Program-made: the position numbers and the translations under genes
In this document: one piece after another, positions 16,567 through 25,040 of the stretch
How positions within the stretch are numbered: the stretch's first letter is position 1
Layout of the letters: each line of letters starts with the position of its first letter
The notes under the pieces: model-generated
Database searches by the model: none
Seen by the model: only the letters and a program-made list of their open reading frames with translations
What the model was told of the DNA's origin: nothing
Virus record (IMG/VR): IMGVR_UViG_3300048599_000766
Location: 1 to 39,069 of that record
Length of the DNA stretch: 39,069 nucleotides
Source: a virus
Lineage: Duplodnaviria; Caudoviricetes
Reading direction: 5' to 3' (one strand)

Positions 16567-17972
16567 GCTGCCCTCCTCATGTGCCGCCGCACCTGGGCAC
16601 GCACCACCGCGAGATCGATCGCGCCCTGGTCGACCGGCTCGGCTGGGTCGTCACCGGGGGCGGGGGAAGGAGCCGGCGCAGGCGAGCTCGGCGGCTGAGC
16701 TGAGGGCACCGCGTCGATGGGCTGGTACTGAACCTGCACGCGCGGCGTCTCACCGCCCTTCACCGGCTCCAGCCCCTCCTGGGCGCGCACTTCGTTGATC
16801 GACTGCCAACCCGCGTTCAGCGCCTCGCGATAGGCGGCGTATCGGACGTCGATCTCGGTGCGCAGCATCGCCGACAGGTCGAGCTTGAACTCGTAGTCGA
16901 GACCAAACTCGAAGGCACGCTGGAAACGCTGCTCGATGTGCGCGATGTGGTAGCCCAGGCACTCGGTGATGAAGACGCGCCCGAGTTGCTCGGTGTTGCG
17001 GTAGGAGACTTTGGTCATATCGCCAAGCATGAAGGGCGGCACCCGGAAGACGCGGGCGACGTCTTCGACCGACCAGCGGAGCTGCTCGATGAGCTGAGCG
17101 TCCTGCGCATTGATGGTAAGCGGCTCGAACTTGAGGCCCGAGTGCATGACAGCGATCTTGCCCATGCCCTCGCCCCGATAGGCTTCGTCCCATTCCTGCT
17201 TGAAGCGCGCCGCGGCCTCCGGGGAGATGCGGCCCGACTCGCTCGTCAACATTCCCGAGGGCCGGCTGGCATTGCTGAAGAACTGCTGGCTGTTCTGTAG
17301 GATTTTGAGGCCCACCGCGCTCGACGCGGCGGCGGCGAAGATCGGTGTCACGCCGACCAGTGGATAGCCCGGCAACAGCGGCAGCCGGTGATGGATCATG
17401 TCCCGCTCGGGCACGATGGTGTTGGGGGCCAGGCCCGCCAGGAAATCCTCGCCGCACTCGTAGAAGATAGACCCGTCCTGGGCGATGAGGGGCTTGACCC
17501 GGTACGGGTTGAGCACATGCATCTCCTGGATCTCGTTGCGCCGATTGCGCCGCGCGAAGCAGTAGGTGTTGCCCTGGAACAGGTAGCTCTGGACGAACGC
17601 AAACATGAAGTCGGGGCCGGTCTGGTAGGCGTTCGGCGCCACCATCAGCTTCACGTAGGGGTCGCTACGCAGGACCGTGCGCGCGCCGTTATCAAGATCC
17701 ACCTCGAACACTTGCGAAGGCAGCTTGGAGATGTCTGACGCGATGACATTGATGCAGGCATAGACCGCCGAGAAAGCGATCAGCTCCTGGCCCAGGGAGG
17801 GCGAGTTTCGGTTCATCTGCCACGACCCGACCGGCCCGCGATCGCCGTTGCCCCACCACGAGCTTGGCCACAGCCATTGGGCGCGCGGCAGCGTCGAGGC
17901 GCGCACTAACCCGAGCATACGCACCCCTCGGTCAACCAACCCCAGCAGCCGCAGGCCGACCGGCGCGGACAC
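16563..17972 (-). CDS. Portal protein, HK97 family (469 aa)
   Basis: SAVYACINVIASDISKLP, PNAYQT, GVTPI, FFSNASRPSG, DAQLIEQ, ARVFRVPP, SINEVRAQEGL. Confidence 0.96.
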   Translation of the reverse strand: MSAPVGLRLLGLVDRGVRMLGLVRASTLPRAQWLWPSSWWGNGDRGPVGSWQMNRNSPSLGQELIAFSAVYACINVIASDISKLPSQVFEVDLDNGARTVLRSDPYVKLMVAPNAYQTGPDFMFAFVQSYLFQGNTYCFARRNRRNEIQEMHVLNPYRVKPLIAQDGSIFYECGEDFLAGLAPNTIVPERDMIHHRLPLLPGYPLVGVTPIFAAAASSAVGLKILQNSQQFFSNASRPSGMLTSESGRISPEAAARFKQEWDEAYRGEGMGKIAVMHSGLKFEPLTINAQDAQLIEQLRWSVEDVARVFRVPPFMLGDMTKVSYRNTEQLGRVFITECLGYHIAHIEQRFQRAFEFGLDYEFKLDLSAMLRTEIDVRYAAYREALNAGWQSINEVRAQEGLEPVKGGETPRVQVQYQPIDAVPSAQPPSSPAPAPSPAPGDDPAEPVDQGAIDLAVVRAQVRRHMRRAA

Positions 17973-17977
17973 AGCCC

Positions 17978-18232
17978 CTACTCCTTCGCCCGCATATCAC
18001 GCCGGCTGTAGCGGCTTGCTGCGGACGGTGACCCCTCCGGTGGGCTTACCGTCGTCACGTAGCTAACCATGCGCAGCGCCGCCATATCGGCCGCCTCGGC
18101 ACGCGGCATGTTCAGCACCCGACCGCGAGCCAACAACTCGCCGCGGTAGCGAAACACTGATTCGGCACGAACGGTGACGTCGTCACCCTTGGGGGCAACG
18201 CGCGTTCGCCGCTTCGGACGCGGATCTGGCAT
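17978..18232 (-). CDS. Small basic head-associated protein (84 aa)
   Basis: ATG at 18232 with GGAGG RBS; ends YSRRDMRAKE, a terminus common in small genes after HK97-type capsids. Confidence 0.65.
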   Translation of the reverse strand: MPDPRPKRRTRVAPKGDDVTVRAESVFRYRGELLARGRVLNMPRAEAADMAALRMVSYVTTVSPPEGSPSAASRYSRRDMRAKE

Positions 18233-18258
18233 TGATTGCCTCCGTTGTTTGGAAGAGC

Positions 18259-18284
18259 GACGCGCCGCGATGAGGCGGCGCGTC
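18259..18284 (-). terminator. 10-bp GC hairpin after the major capsid gene (stabiliser or leaky terminator)
   Basis: GACGCGCCGC-GATGAG-GCGGCGCGTC perfect inverted repeat 10 nt after the capsid stop; only a weak U tract. Confidence 0.5.
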
Positions 18285-18294
18285 TGTTGGTCCT

Positions 18295-19683
18295 TCAGGC
18301 GGCTAGCGCCTGCGGCTCCGGCGCGATCGGATGTCCTTCGGGCAGGGTGCCCATTGGAATCGGCGTGACGCCACCAATGCGCTGTACCGCCGCGACGCGG
18401 CGCATGAGCCAGTAGATATAGCGCTCCGCCTTGATGCCCAGCATGTTCTGCTGCCACAACGAGATCAGCGGCGCAGGTGGAGTCCCGGGCGCCGTATCCA
18501 TCTGGAGCGACGCTTCCTGTGAAATGTCGATCATGGTCTGGCCGTCGTCGGCGACCATCATCTCGCTCTGCTCGAGCAGGACGATCTCGTTGATCATATT
18601 GCCCGAGATCACGACCGGGATGCCCATCAGCGTCGGCGGCGACTGCTGCATCGTCGGGAATGCGAAGATATCGGTCGCGGTTCGCAGCACCGCGAGCGTC
18701 ATCGCGATGCCCGGCGGCATAAGCCAGACCGGCCGCCGCAACGGGATATTGTTGGGCGGACTTGTCATGGCCACCATGGCCGCGGCAAGTGCGTTGGTGA
18801 TGCCTGTCACCGTATTGTCGGCGGCGGCATGAATCGCCGCAGCATTGGTGATCGACGCCGGCTTCAGGGTCGGGACCGCCACGACGGCCGGATCAATGAA
18901 CTGCTTGTCCATGAACTCCGCGATCGTGGCGATCAGGTCGTCGCGCACCAGCTGCTCGGCGCTCGGATTGCTGAAGCGCGCCAGCTCATGGGTGATGACG
19001 CAGATCACCGCAATCTTGGCCCAAGGAAGCGTTACCTGGTCGAAGACGAGCTTCGATACCGGCTTGCTCAGGCCCTCGCCCACCCAGTTCGCGGTGGCGC
19101 CCGCGGTCTGACGCGGGATCTTGATGTTGAACGGCACCGAACGGTAGCCAGTCAACCGGCCGACGATAGTCTCCGCACGCAGAAGCTCGATGAACTCGCT
19201 CGTCATAACCTGATAGTTCACGAGCGGCGCGGCCCAGGCGGGGTCTGTCGTGGTGCCCGCCGCCACCGCGGCGCGCAGCACTTCCACCACTTCCGGGGTC
19301 TCATTGTGCCAGCGCTTGGCGATCTCCACCGCCTGCACCAGGTTGCCCTTCGAGCAGGCGAGCGCCATCACGTAGCGTGTGAACGCCTGGCCCTTGAACG
19401 CCTTGAACGGCTTTGGTTCGAAGGCCGGCGTCGGGTCGAGCGGGTGAGGTGCCGGCCGGGCGCCGGCAGCGAGCTGACGCTCGGCCTCTTCGAGCCGCGA
19501 CAAGGTCTGGTCGATGTCGGCAATGCCGTCCTTGATCTTGTCGAACTCCTTTTGCTCGTCGGCGGTAAAGAGTCGGAGCTCGGCCCCCTCACTGCCTGCC
19601 GCCTTGGCGCTGAGCGCTTCCAGGGCGTCAAGCTGCTCCTTGCGCTGCCTAAGCAGCGCGTTGATCTGATCTCGCAATTTCAT
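18295..19683 (-). CDS. Major capsid protein, HK97 fold, with N-terminal delta (scaffold) domain (462 aa)
   Basis: Coiled-coil N-terminus; EFIELLR, WVGEG..KP, ELARFSNPSAEQLVRDDL, LMGIPV, SLWQQNM..IKAER. Confidence 0.96.
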   Translation of the reverse strand: MKLRDQINALLRQRKEQLDALEALSAKAAGSEGAELRLFTADEQKEFDKIKDGIADIDQTLSRLEEAERQLAAGARPAPHPLDPTPAFEPKPFKAFKGQAFTRYVMALACSKGNLVQAVEIAKRWHNETPEVVEVLRAAVAAGTTTDPAWAAPLVNYQVMTSEFIELLRAETIVGRLTGYRSVPFNIKIPRQTAGATANWVGEGLSKPVSKLVFDQVTLPWAKIAVICVITHELARFSNPSAEQLVRDDLIATIAEFMDKQFIDPAVVAVPTLKPASITNAAAIHAAADNTVTGITNALAAAMVAMTSPPNNIPLRRPVWLMPPGIAMTLAVLRTATDIFAFPTMQQSPPTLMGIPVVISGNMINEIVLLEQSEMMVADDGQTMIDISQEASLQMDTAPGTPPAPLISLWQQNMLGIKAERYIYWLMRRVAAVQRIGGVTPIPMGTLPEGHPIAPEPQALAA

Positions 19684-20299
19684 GGGTCCCCCTTAGTCGA
19701 AGGAGGTTGATCGTTCGGCTCCGTGCCTCAGCCGCGGCCTGGGCAACTGCCCGCGGGCTCGTGGTGAACAGCAGGACCTGCGTCGCATCGGAGATGCCGA
19801 GCGACTTGGCGACGGCGAGTGCCTGCGGGTTGGCCGGCACGGGCACGACGCTCAATTCCAAAAGCTCTTGGCTCGTGAACTCGTAACCGGTCCAATTGCC
19901 GGCTGAGTCGACGAGCTGATTGACGGGACCGGTGGGCGTGAAGCCCACCGACGCTGCACGCAGGAAACCGCCTTCAACTGCCCGCCACACATCGTCGCTG
20001 AGCTGACTGTCGCCCTCAGGCCGGAACAGGCAGTCGGCGATCAGCTCGGTGCCGACGACTTCGATGCTCGGCACCTGGCCGACCGGAGGTTGGCGCGAGT
20101 CGTGCGCGAACAGCAACACCGGGTTCTTGCGGAAGTTGTCGAGCTGCCAGCCCGAGGCGCGGATGATGTCGCCATAGCGGTCGACGCTCTCGTCGCTGGC
20201 GACAAAGCGCATCGTGCGCTCCTTGGCATCGACCGTCTTGATGCTAGCGGCTCGGCGCAGCACGGCGCCCGGCCTGGGCGGCTCTCGCTTGATAGTCAT
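19649..20299 (-). CDS. Prohead protease, HK97 family (216 aa)
   Basis: DRYGDII, NPVLLFAHD (His), ASVGF (Ser), ELSVVPVPAN. Confidence 0.95.
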   Translation of the reverse strand: MTIKREPPRPGAVLRRAASIKTVDAKERTMRFVASDESVDRYGDIIRASGWQLDNFRKNPVLLFAHDSRQPPVGQVPSIEVVGTELIADCLFRPEGDSQLSDDVWRAVEGGFLRAASVGFTPTGPVNQLVDSAGNWTGYEFTSQELLELSVVPVPANPQALAVAKSLGISDATQVLLFTTSPRAVAQAAAEARSRTINLLRLRGTHEIARSDQRAA

Positions 20300-20437
20300 G
20301 GTCGGCTCCCTGCTTGCGGCTGGCTGAGTGCGGCGGCCCTGACTTGCCGCGTGGCTGCGCCAGCGTCGGCGTACCGCCGCACTTCATCCGCATGGCGCAT
20401 CAAAAGCGGCACGCAGCCATCCACAGAAGATCGTTAT

Positions 20438-20462
20438 GTCCGCAATTGCCCGCTAACCGGAC
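20438..20462. repeat. Palindromic element GTCCG-N15-CGGAC (left flank of the DUF4238 moron)
   Basis: ATGTCCGCAATTGCCCGCTAACCGGACGC at 20436-20464; same arms and spacer as the copy at 21619-21643. Confidence 0.5.
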
Positions 20463-20487
20463 GCCTCTGAGCTGGTTTTCGACCTGT

Positions 20488-20515
20488 ATGACAATACTTT
20501 TTGAACGAATATGAT
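20488..20515 (+). promoter_or_regulatory. Putative sigma70 promoter of the DUF4238 moron
   Basis: ATGACA (20488-20493), 16-nt spacer, TATGAT (20510-20515); RBS GAGGAG at 20599-20604. Confidence 0.5.
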
Positions 20516-20612
20516 CCTAACTCATCAAGGCGCGAACTGGGGTCTCTCAGGACGAGGCCGTCGAAAGGCGCGAAATGCGCCCGGATGAGCGATATGATGA
20601 GGAGTTCCAACT

Positions 20613-21515
20613 ATGCCCGCTCTCCCGCAACCACCTAAGTTTTCAAAGATTGTTCATCACGTAGTTCCTGCGGGATGGCAGCGTAGGTTCGGGGCGGCGA
20701 ACCAACCTGGGCCATTCTACAAGAACATTCGCAGTGGGCGAAGCTTTCCGGCCAAAGGGCCTGGCGACGAAATGGCTGAACCATATGCCAACCTCATCTT
20801 TGATCAATACTATCGTCAAAGCGATGAGCTAGAAGATAAACTCTCGCGGTACGAGTCTTGGGCGATGAATGCCCTCGATCGTGTCATTGCTACCGGAATA
20901 ATCGGTGCGGCAGAAAGAGTCGACCTAGCGTATTTTCTCGCACTACAGAGCTGCCGATATCCGCAAAAGTTCGCATCGCGACTTGACCTCGGAAAACTAC
21001 TCGCGATAGCGATTGGAGACGCCAGCAAGTTCTCGGATGCAAACACTTTGAATCGGCACTTACTCCAAAGCGGATTTTTGCCCGGAGCGGCCATTAGCGA
21101 CGCAGAATTTCAAAGTCTGCTAAAGGTGCCGAAGATACAACTTGCCGCCGAACTGGATGAAATATTGATGGCACACGGTTACGAGGCTTACTTCAACAAA
21201 GGACTCGTCTTGGATGCTGCTTTACCTCTCGCCGAAATGTTGTTGGGCTTCGACTGGGATCTAATCGTTTCTGCGATGCCCACCTTTATACTCTCGGATC
21301 GACCTATGCCCTCGGATAGGATTGGTAACGCGTTTGCGGTCGGCTTAAGCGCCAGCTACGCATTGAAATGCCGCCTTCCGGCAATGCCTGTTAATGCCAA
21401 TCCAATTGTAGCGCGCGCGGCGACCGCAAATGACGTTCAGGAGGTCAACAGCGAAGTTCGAGGACGCGCCTATGAATGGATATGTGGTCCGGATGCTGCA
21501 GTTCACGGCATGTGA
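20613..21515 (+). CDS. DUF4238-family protein, moron, candidate antiphage defence (300 aa)
   Basis: N-terminal HHVVP..W.RRF and C-terminal FILSDRP motifs of DUF4238; opposite strand; many A/T-ending codons compared with flanking genes. Confidence 0.75.
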   Translation: MPALPQPPKFSKIVHHVVPAGWQRRFGAANQPGPFYKNIRSGRSFPAKGPGDEMAEPYANLIFDQYYRQSDELEDKLSRYESWAMNALDRVIATGIIGAAERVDLAYFLALQSCRYPQKFASRLDLGKLLAIAIGDASKFSDANTLNRHLLQSGFLPGAAISDAEFQSLLKVPKIQLAAELDEILMAHGYEAYFNKGLVLDAALPLAEMLLGFDWDLIVSAMPTFILSDRPMPSDRIGNAFAVGLSASYALKCRLPAMPVNANPIVARAATANDVQEVNSEVRGRAYEWICGPDAAVHGM

Positions 21516-21618
21516 TTTTGTCTCTAGCGGAGGTTCATACCGACCGCGGAACTGAAGAAAGTCAGCAAGTAGCTAGAGCAGTAGACAATCCACCAACATA
21601 GCAAGGGGCGTGGCTGAC

Positions 21619-21643
21619 GTCCGCGTTGAGCTCGGGAGCGGAC
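21619..21643. repeat. Palindromic element GTCCG-N15-CGGAC (right flank of the DUF4238 moron)
   Basis: GACGTCCGCGTTGAGCTCGGGAGCGGACATC at 21616-21646, extended by outer CAAGG/CCTTG arms (21602-21606, 21651-21655). Confidence 0.5.
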
Positions 21644-21690
21644 ATCGTTGCCTTGGCCCTGGGGAGAGCCTCCGTCTATGAGTTCGCGGC

Positions 21691-23370
21691 CTAGATGAGA
21701 AACATCCCCGGCTGAGCCTCATTCAGCGCCGCGGTATAGCGGCCGATGGCCATGATCAGCGCGGTCATGCCGTCGATGCGCCCGATGGACTTCGCCTTGT
21801 GCGGCATGCAGTTCAGGTTCTTGTCGTGCTGCACCTTCATGTTCGAGGCCATGACGGCGAGCACCGGGTTGTTGCCGTGGTCGAGCTTGCGGCCCGCGAG
21901 CAGCGCCAACAGCTCCTTGGTCGGCGCGGTGTAGGTCCTGATCCCCTGGACGAACTCCAACGCCTCGACGCCAGCCTCATTCAGCTCGACCGCGAGCTGC
22001 GTGGCGTTCCATGGATCGAAGGCAATGCTCTCGAGCTCGAACGCTTTGGCGTCCAGCAAGATGGCGCTCTTGATCTCCTTGTGATCGATGACGTTACCGC
22101 TCGTCGCCTCGATCCAGCCCTCGTCCACCCAGCGGCGGTAGGGCATACGGTCACGATCGGCGCGCTCGGTGATGGTGTCGGCCGGCATCCAGAAGCGTGC
22201 CGCCACGCGCATAACGTTGTCCTCGTCGGGTTCGAACAGCTTCACGAACGCGGTGATGTCGATCTTGCTCGACAGGTCGAGCCCACCCCAGCAGCGCTTG
22301 CGCTCCAGCTTGTCAGGATCGAACCTGCCGCGGCTATTCTTTGCCCACTGCGCCATGTCGATGGCCCGCTCGCTGTCGCTGGTGCGCACGTTCAGGCGCA
22401 ACCGCTTGAAGGCGACCAGCGTGCTCGGCGACTTCGCTGCCTTCTGAGCCTGGCGCTCCAGATCGTCGAGCTTTACCGAGATGCCTAGGTTCGGATTAGC
22501 CTTCGCCCACGCCTTGGGGTCGTCCCAGCGGTCGTCCTTGTCGATGGTCGAAATGAAGGCGAACACGTTGTCGTCGTGCAGCGTGCCTTCGAGCACCTTG
22601 ACCGCGTAGTCGTTCTCCGCCGCGTACACCGACTCAGGTGCATCGTCGCCCGCGGTGGTGATGATCCAGATGAGCGGCTGCCGGCGCGCCCCGACCGCGG
22701 TGTCCATCACGTCGAGCAGCGCCCGCGTGCGATGTCGGTGCAGTTCGTCGATCAGCACGCAGTGTGGATTGAGACCGTCGAGCGTGCGTTCGTCCGAGCT
22801 GAGCGGCTCGAACTTCGAGCCGGTGCGGTCGACGCTCAGGTTCAGCTTGAAACGGTTGACGTAGCGTTGCAGCTCCGGGCTCGCGCTCACCATGCGCTTG
22901 GCCTCGTCGAAGATGATGCGCGCCTGGTCGCGCTTTGTCGCTGCCGCGTAGATTTCGGCTCCCAGCTCGTCGTCGCACAGCAGCATGTCGAGGCCGACTC
23001 CGGCAAGCAGTGTCGATTTGCCGTTTTTTCTCGGCACCTCCTCGTAGACGTAGCGGAAACGCCGCGTGCCATCAGCGCGCTTCCAGCCGAACACCGAGCC
23101 GATCACGAACTTCTGCCAGCCGCTGAGTTCGACCGGCCGCCGCGCCCACTCGCCCTTCGAGTGGCGCAGGAAGCGCGGATAGAATCCGATGCGATGCTGC
23201 GCGGCCCGCGGCTGCCAGAGCAGGCCGCGCTTGCGCCCCTGCTTCAGGTCGTCGAGGTGGCGCCGCGCGGCCAGGCACACATAGCGGCAAGCGGGGACGC
23301 GCCGACGGACCACATCGCGAGCCCAAGCCGTGACTTCGTCCTGCTGCTGGTCGGGCATGCTGCTGTCCAC
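21691..23370 (-). CDS. terL: Terminase large subunit (Terminase_1 type)
   Basis: Walker A VPRKNGKST, Walker B VLIDELH, ITTAG coupling motif, GGLDLS and RIDG nuclease motifs; start GTG 23370 or ATG 23358. Confidence 0.97.
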   Translation of the reverse strand: MDSSMPDQQQDEVTAWARDVVRRRVPACRYVCLAARRHLDDLKQGRKRGLLWQPRAAQHRIGFYPRFLRHSKGEWARRPVELSGWQKFVIGSVFGWKRADGTRRFRYVYEEVPRKNGKSTLLAGVGLDMLLCDDELGAEIYAAATKRDQARIIFDEAKRMVSASPELQRYVNRFKLNLSVDRTGSKFEPLSSDERTLDGLNPHCVLIDELHRHRTRALLDVMDTAVGARRQPLIWIITTAGDDAPESVYAAENDYAVKVLEGTLHDDNVFAFISTIDKDDRWDDPKAWAKANPNLGISVKLDDLERQAQKAAKSPSTLVAFKRLRLNVRTSDSERAIDMAQWAKNSRGRFDPDKLERKRCWGGLDLSSKIDITAFVKLFEPDEDNVMRVAARFWMPADTITERADRDRMPYRRWVDEGWIEATSGNVIDHKEIKSAILLDAKAFELESIAFDPWNATQLAVELNEAGVEALEFVQGIRTYTAPTKELLALLAGRKLDHGNNPVLAVMASNMKVQHDKNLNCMPHKAKSIGRIDGMTALIMAIGRYTAALNEAQPGMFLI

Positions 23371-23510
23371 TCGCGTCGATTGCCGCGACTGCCTCGCAAC
23401 AACCCGATGTTCTTTACTGCTCGACGATTGCCGAAAAGAGCAATGGGTTCCGGCGGCACCAGAGCTATGTGTCGGGGGCCCCGCAATGCGCGGCGGCCGG
23501 ATAGGAGCTT

Positions 23511-23732
23511 GTGACGATGACGAACCCCCGCAAACCCGCCGACGCCAACAGCGTCTTCATCGGGCACTGCCTGCGAATCGACGAAGCGCTGAAGCGGATC
23601 ACCGAAGCCCGGCAAAACCACTTCGACGTCGACCCCGAGCAGCCCCGCAAGTGGGACGAGGTTGGCAGCGCCGAGTACGTCGCCAACGCCCTGGAGCAGC
23701 TGGCGGCCTGGATCGAAGGCACCCCTCAGTAA
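23511..23732 (+). CDS. Small hypothetical protein of the type found next to DUF3489 in alphaproteobacterial prophages (~73 aa)
   Basis: RBS AGGAG before GTG/ATG; pattern F......ID..L.R......NHF..DP....W..VG. Confidence 0.7.
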   Translation: MTMTNPRKPADANSVFIGHCLRIDEALKRITEARQNHFDVDPEQPRKWDEVGSAEYVANALEQLAAWIEGTPQ

Positions 23733-23823
23733 GCGCACCGGCAACCCTCCGGGGCCCGACCATCACCCGATGGCGGGCTCGGGGCAGTGGGGGCACCAAC
23801 AACCCGCCCCGACAGGAGCGATC

Positions 23824-24363
23824 ATGACGACTGACAACAACAACGACGGCCTCGAGATCCCGGCGCACCTGAAGCGCGAGCTCAAGGCCAAGCCGGCGGC
23901 CAACGCCGATGCTCTCAACATCGCCGGCGCCACACCGGGCGCCAGCCAGGTCCTGGCCGACGAGGCCGACGCCGCCCCGCGCAAGCGCAAGGCCAAGAAT
24001 CACGGCGGCCAGGAGCTCGGCGAGTACCTCAAGCAGAACGCCGCCAAGGCCGCGAAGTCCGGCAAGGCGAAGGCCAAGGGAGCGCCGAAGGCCAAGGCCA
24101 AGGGGGCGCGAAAGGTCAGGGCCGCTAAGCCGGCGAAGGCCAAGGCTGCCAAGTCTACGCCGCGCAAGGAGTCGAAGCAGGCCCTCTTCATCGAGGCGAT
24201 GCGGACGGCCAAGGGCATCAGCATCACCGAGGCGGCCGAGCGGTTCAGCTGGCAGGCGCACACGGTGCGGGGCGCCGTGGCCGGCGGCCTCAAGGCGAAG
24301 CTCGGGCTCAAGGTCGAGGCCGAGCGTGACGAGAAGCGCGGCACGGTCTACCGCATCAAGTGA
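23824..24363 (+). CDS. DUF3489 (winged-helix) protein with Lys/Ala-rich histone-H1-like linker (179 aa)
   Basis: ATG at 23824 after CAGGAG; SKQA..IE.MR...G.SI......WQAHTVRGA.AG.LK.KLGL.V......RG.VYRI is the DUF3489 signature. Confidence 0.88.
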   Translation: MTTDNNNDGLEIPAHLKRELKAKPAANADALNIAGATPGASQVLADEADAAPRKRKAKNHGGQELGEYLKQNAAKAAKSGKAKAKGAPKAKAKGARKVRAAKPAKAKAAKSTPRKESKQALFIEAMRTAKGISITEAAERFSWQAHTVRGAVAGGLKAKLGLKVEAERDEKRGTVYRIK

Positions 24364-24390
24364 GCCGCCGGCGCCAAGCCGGCCAACCAG

Positions 24391-24418
24391 AGCCCGGGCC
24401 TCACCGCCCGGGCTTTTT
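24391..24418 (+). terminator. Rho-independent terminator of the DUF3489 cassette
   Basis: AGCCCGGGC-CTCACC-GCCCGGGCT followed by TTTT. Confidence 0.85.
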
Positions 24419-24518
24419 CGCTCCATGGGGGTGTCCGCCAGCCACACTCGGCTGGGTTCAGGCTCGGCCGCCCTGCCACAAGTGGAGCAACCATCAACGC
24501 CTTGGCCGCTCCGGAAAT

Positions 24519-25040
24519 TCAGCTATCGAGCCGGTCGGGTTTCTCGTCGAGGTACTGATCGAGCGCGCTCTTGTGCGTTGGCGCCCGGGCCCCGCCGATG
24601 TAGTAGTGCCCGCCTCCGCCCTCTTCCGCCGCTTGGCCGAGCGCCATGCGCGCCGATGGCGAGAAGCCCATCTCGGCGCCGCACCGCATCATGATCAACG
24701 CCTGGCGATTGAGAATCGGCAGGAACGGATTCTGGATCGCGTTGCCGTCCTTGGTCTTCACGACCAGGCCCAGCCGATCGATCTCGCGCGCAGCCCGGGC
24801 TCGCACCACTGCCGCCAGGCACCACGTCACCAGGATCTCGCGATCGGTTGCCGTCAAGAGCCCCCGGGGCGCGTTTTCGAGCGCATAGTCCCACTGCGCG
24901 CGCTGCTCGTCGTTGAAGTATTCGGGCGGCGCCCACAGTTCGCCGACACCTTCGGGCACCTCAGCGGGCAGCGCGTGATCGTGCGGGTTGCCGTGGAGCT
25001 GCTTCAGCAGCAGCGGCTGCGGCTTCGTCCCTCGCTTCAT
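24519..25040 (-). CDS. terS: Terminase small subunit, P27 family (173 aa)
   Basis: Start MKRGTKPQP..LKQLHGNP; PPEYF....RAQW; QNPFL.I; EMGFSPSAR. Confidence 0.92.
   Translation of the reverse strand: MKRGTKPQPLLLKQLHGNPHDHALPAEVPEGVGELWAPPEYFNDEQRAQWDYALENAPRGLLTATDREILVTWCLAAVVRARAAREIDRLGLVVKTKDGNAIQNPFLPILNRQALIMMRCGAEMGFSPSARMALGQAAEEGGGGHYYIGGARAPTHKSALDQYLDEKPDRLDS

Noticed and set aside
19649-19700. Possible +1 frameshift fusing protease to capsid at AGG GGG ACC
   Set aside because: The G run is adequately explained as the capsid RBS, and the capsid has its own ATG and delta domain
20296-20400. 34-codon minus-strand ORF ending in an ATGA overlap with the protease
   Set aside because: Very short, no clear RBS or motif; may be chance
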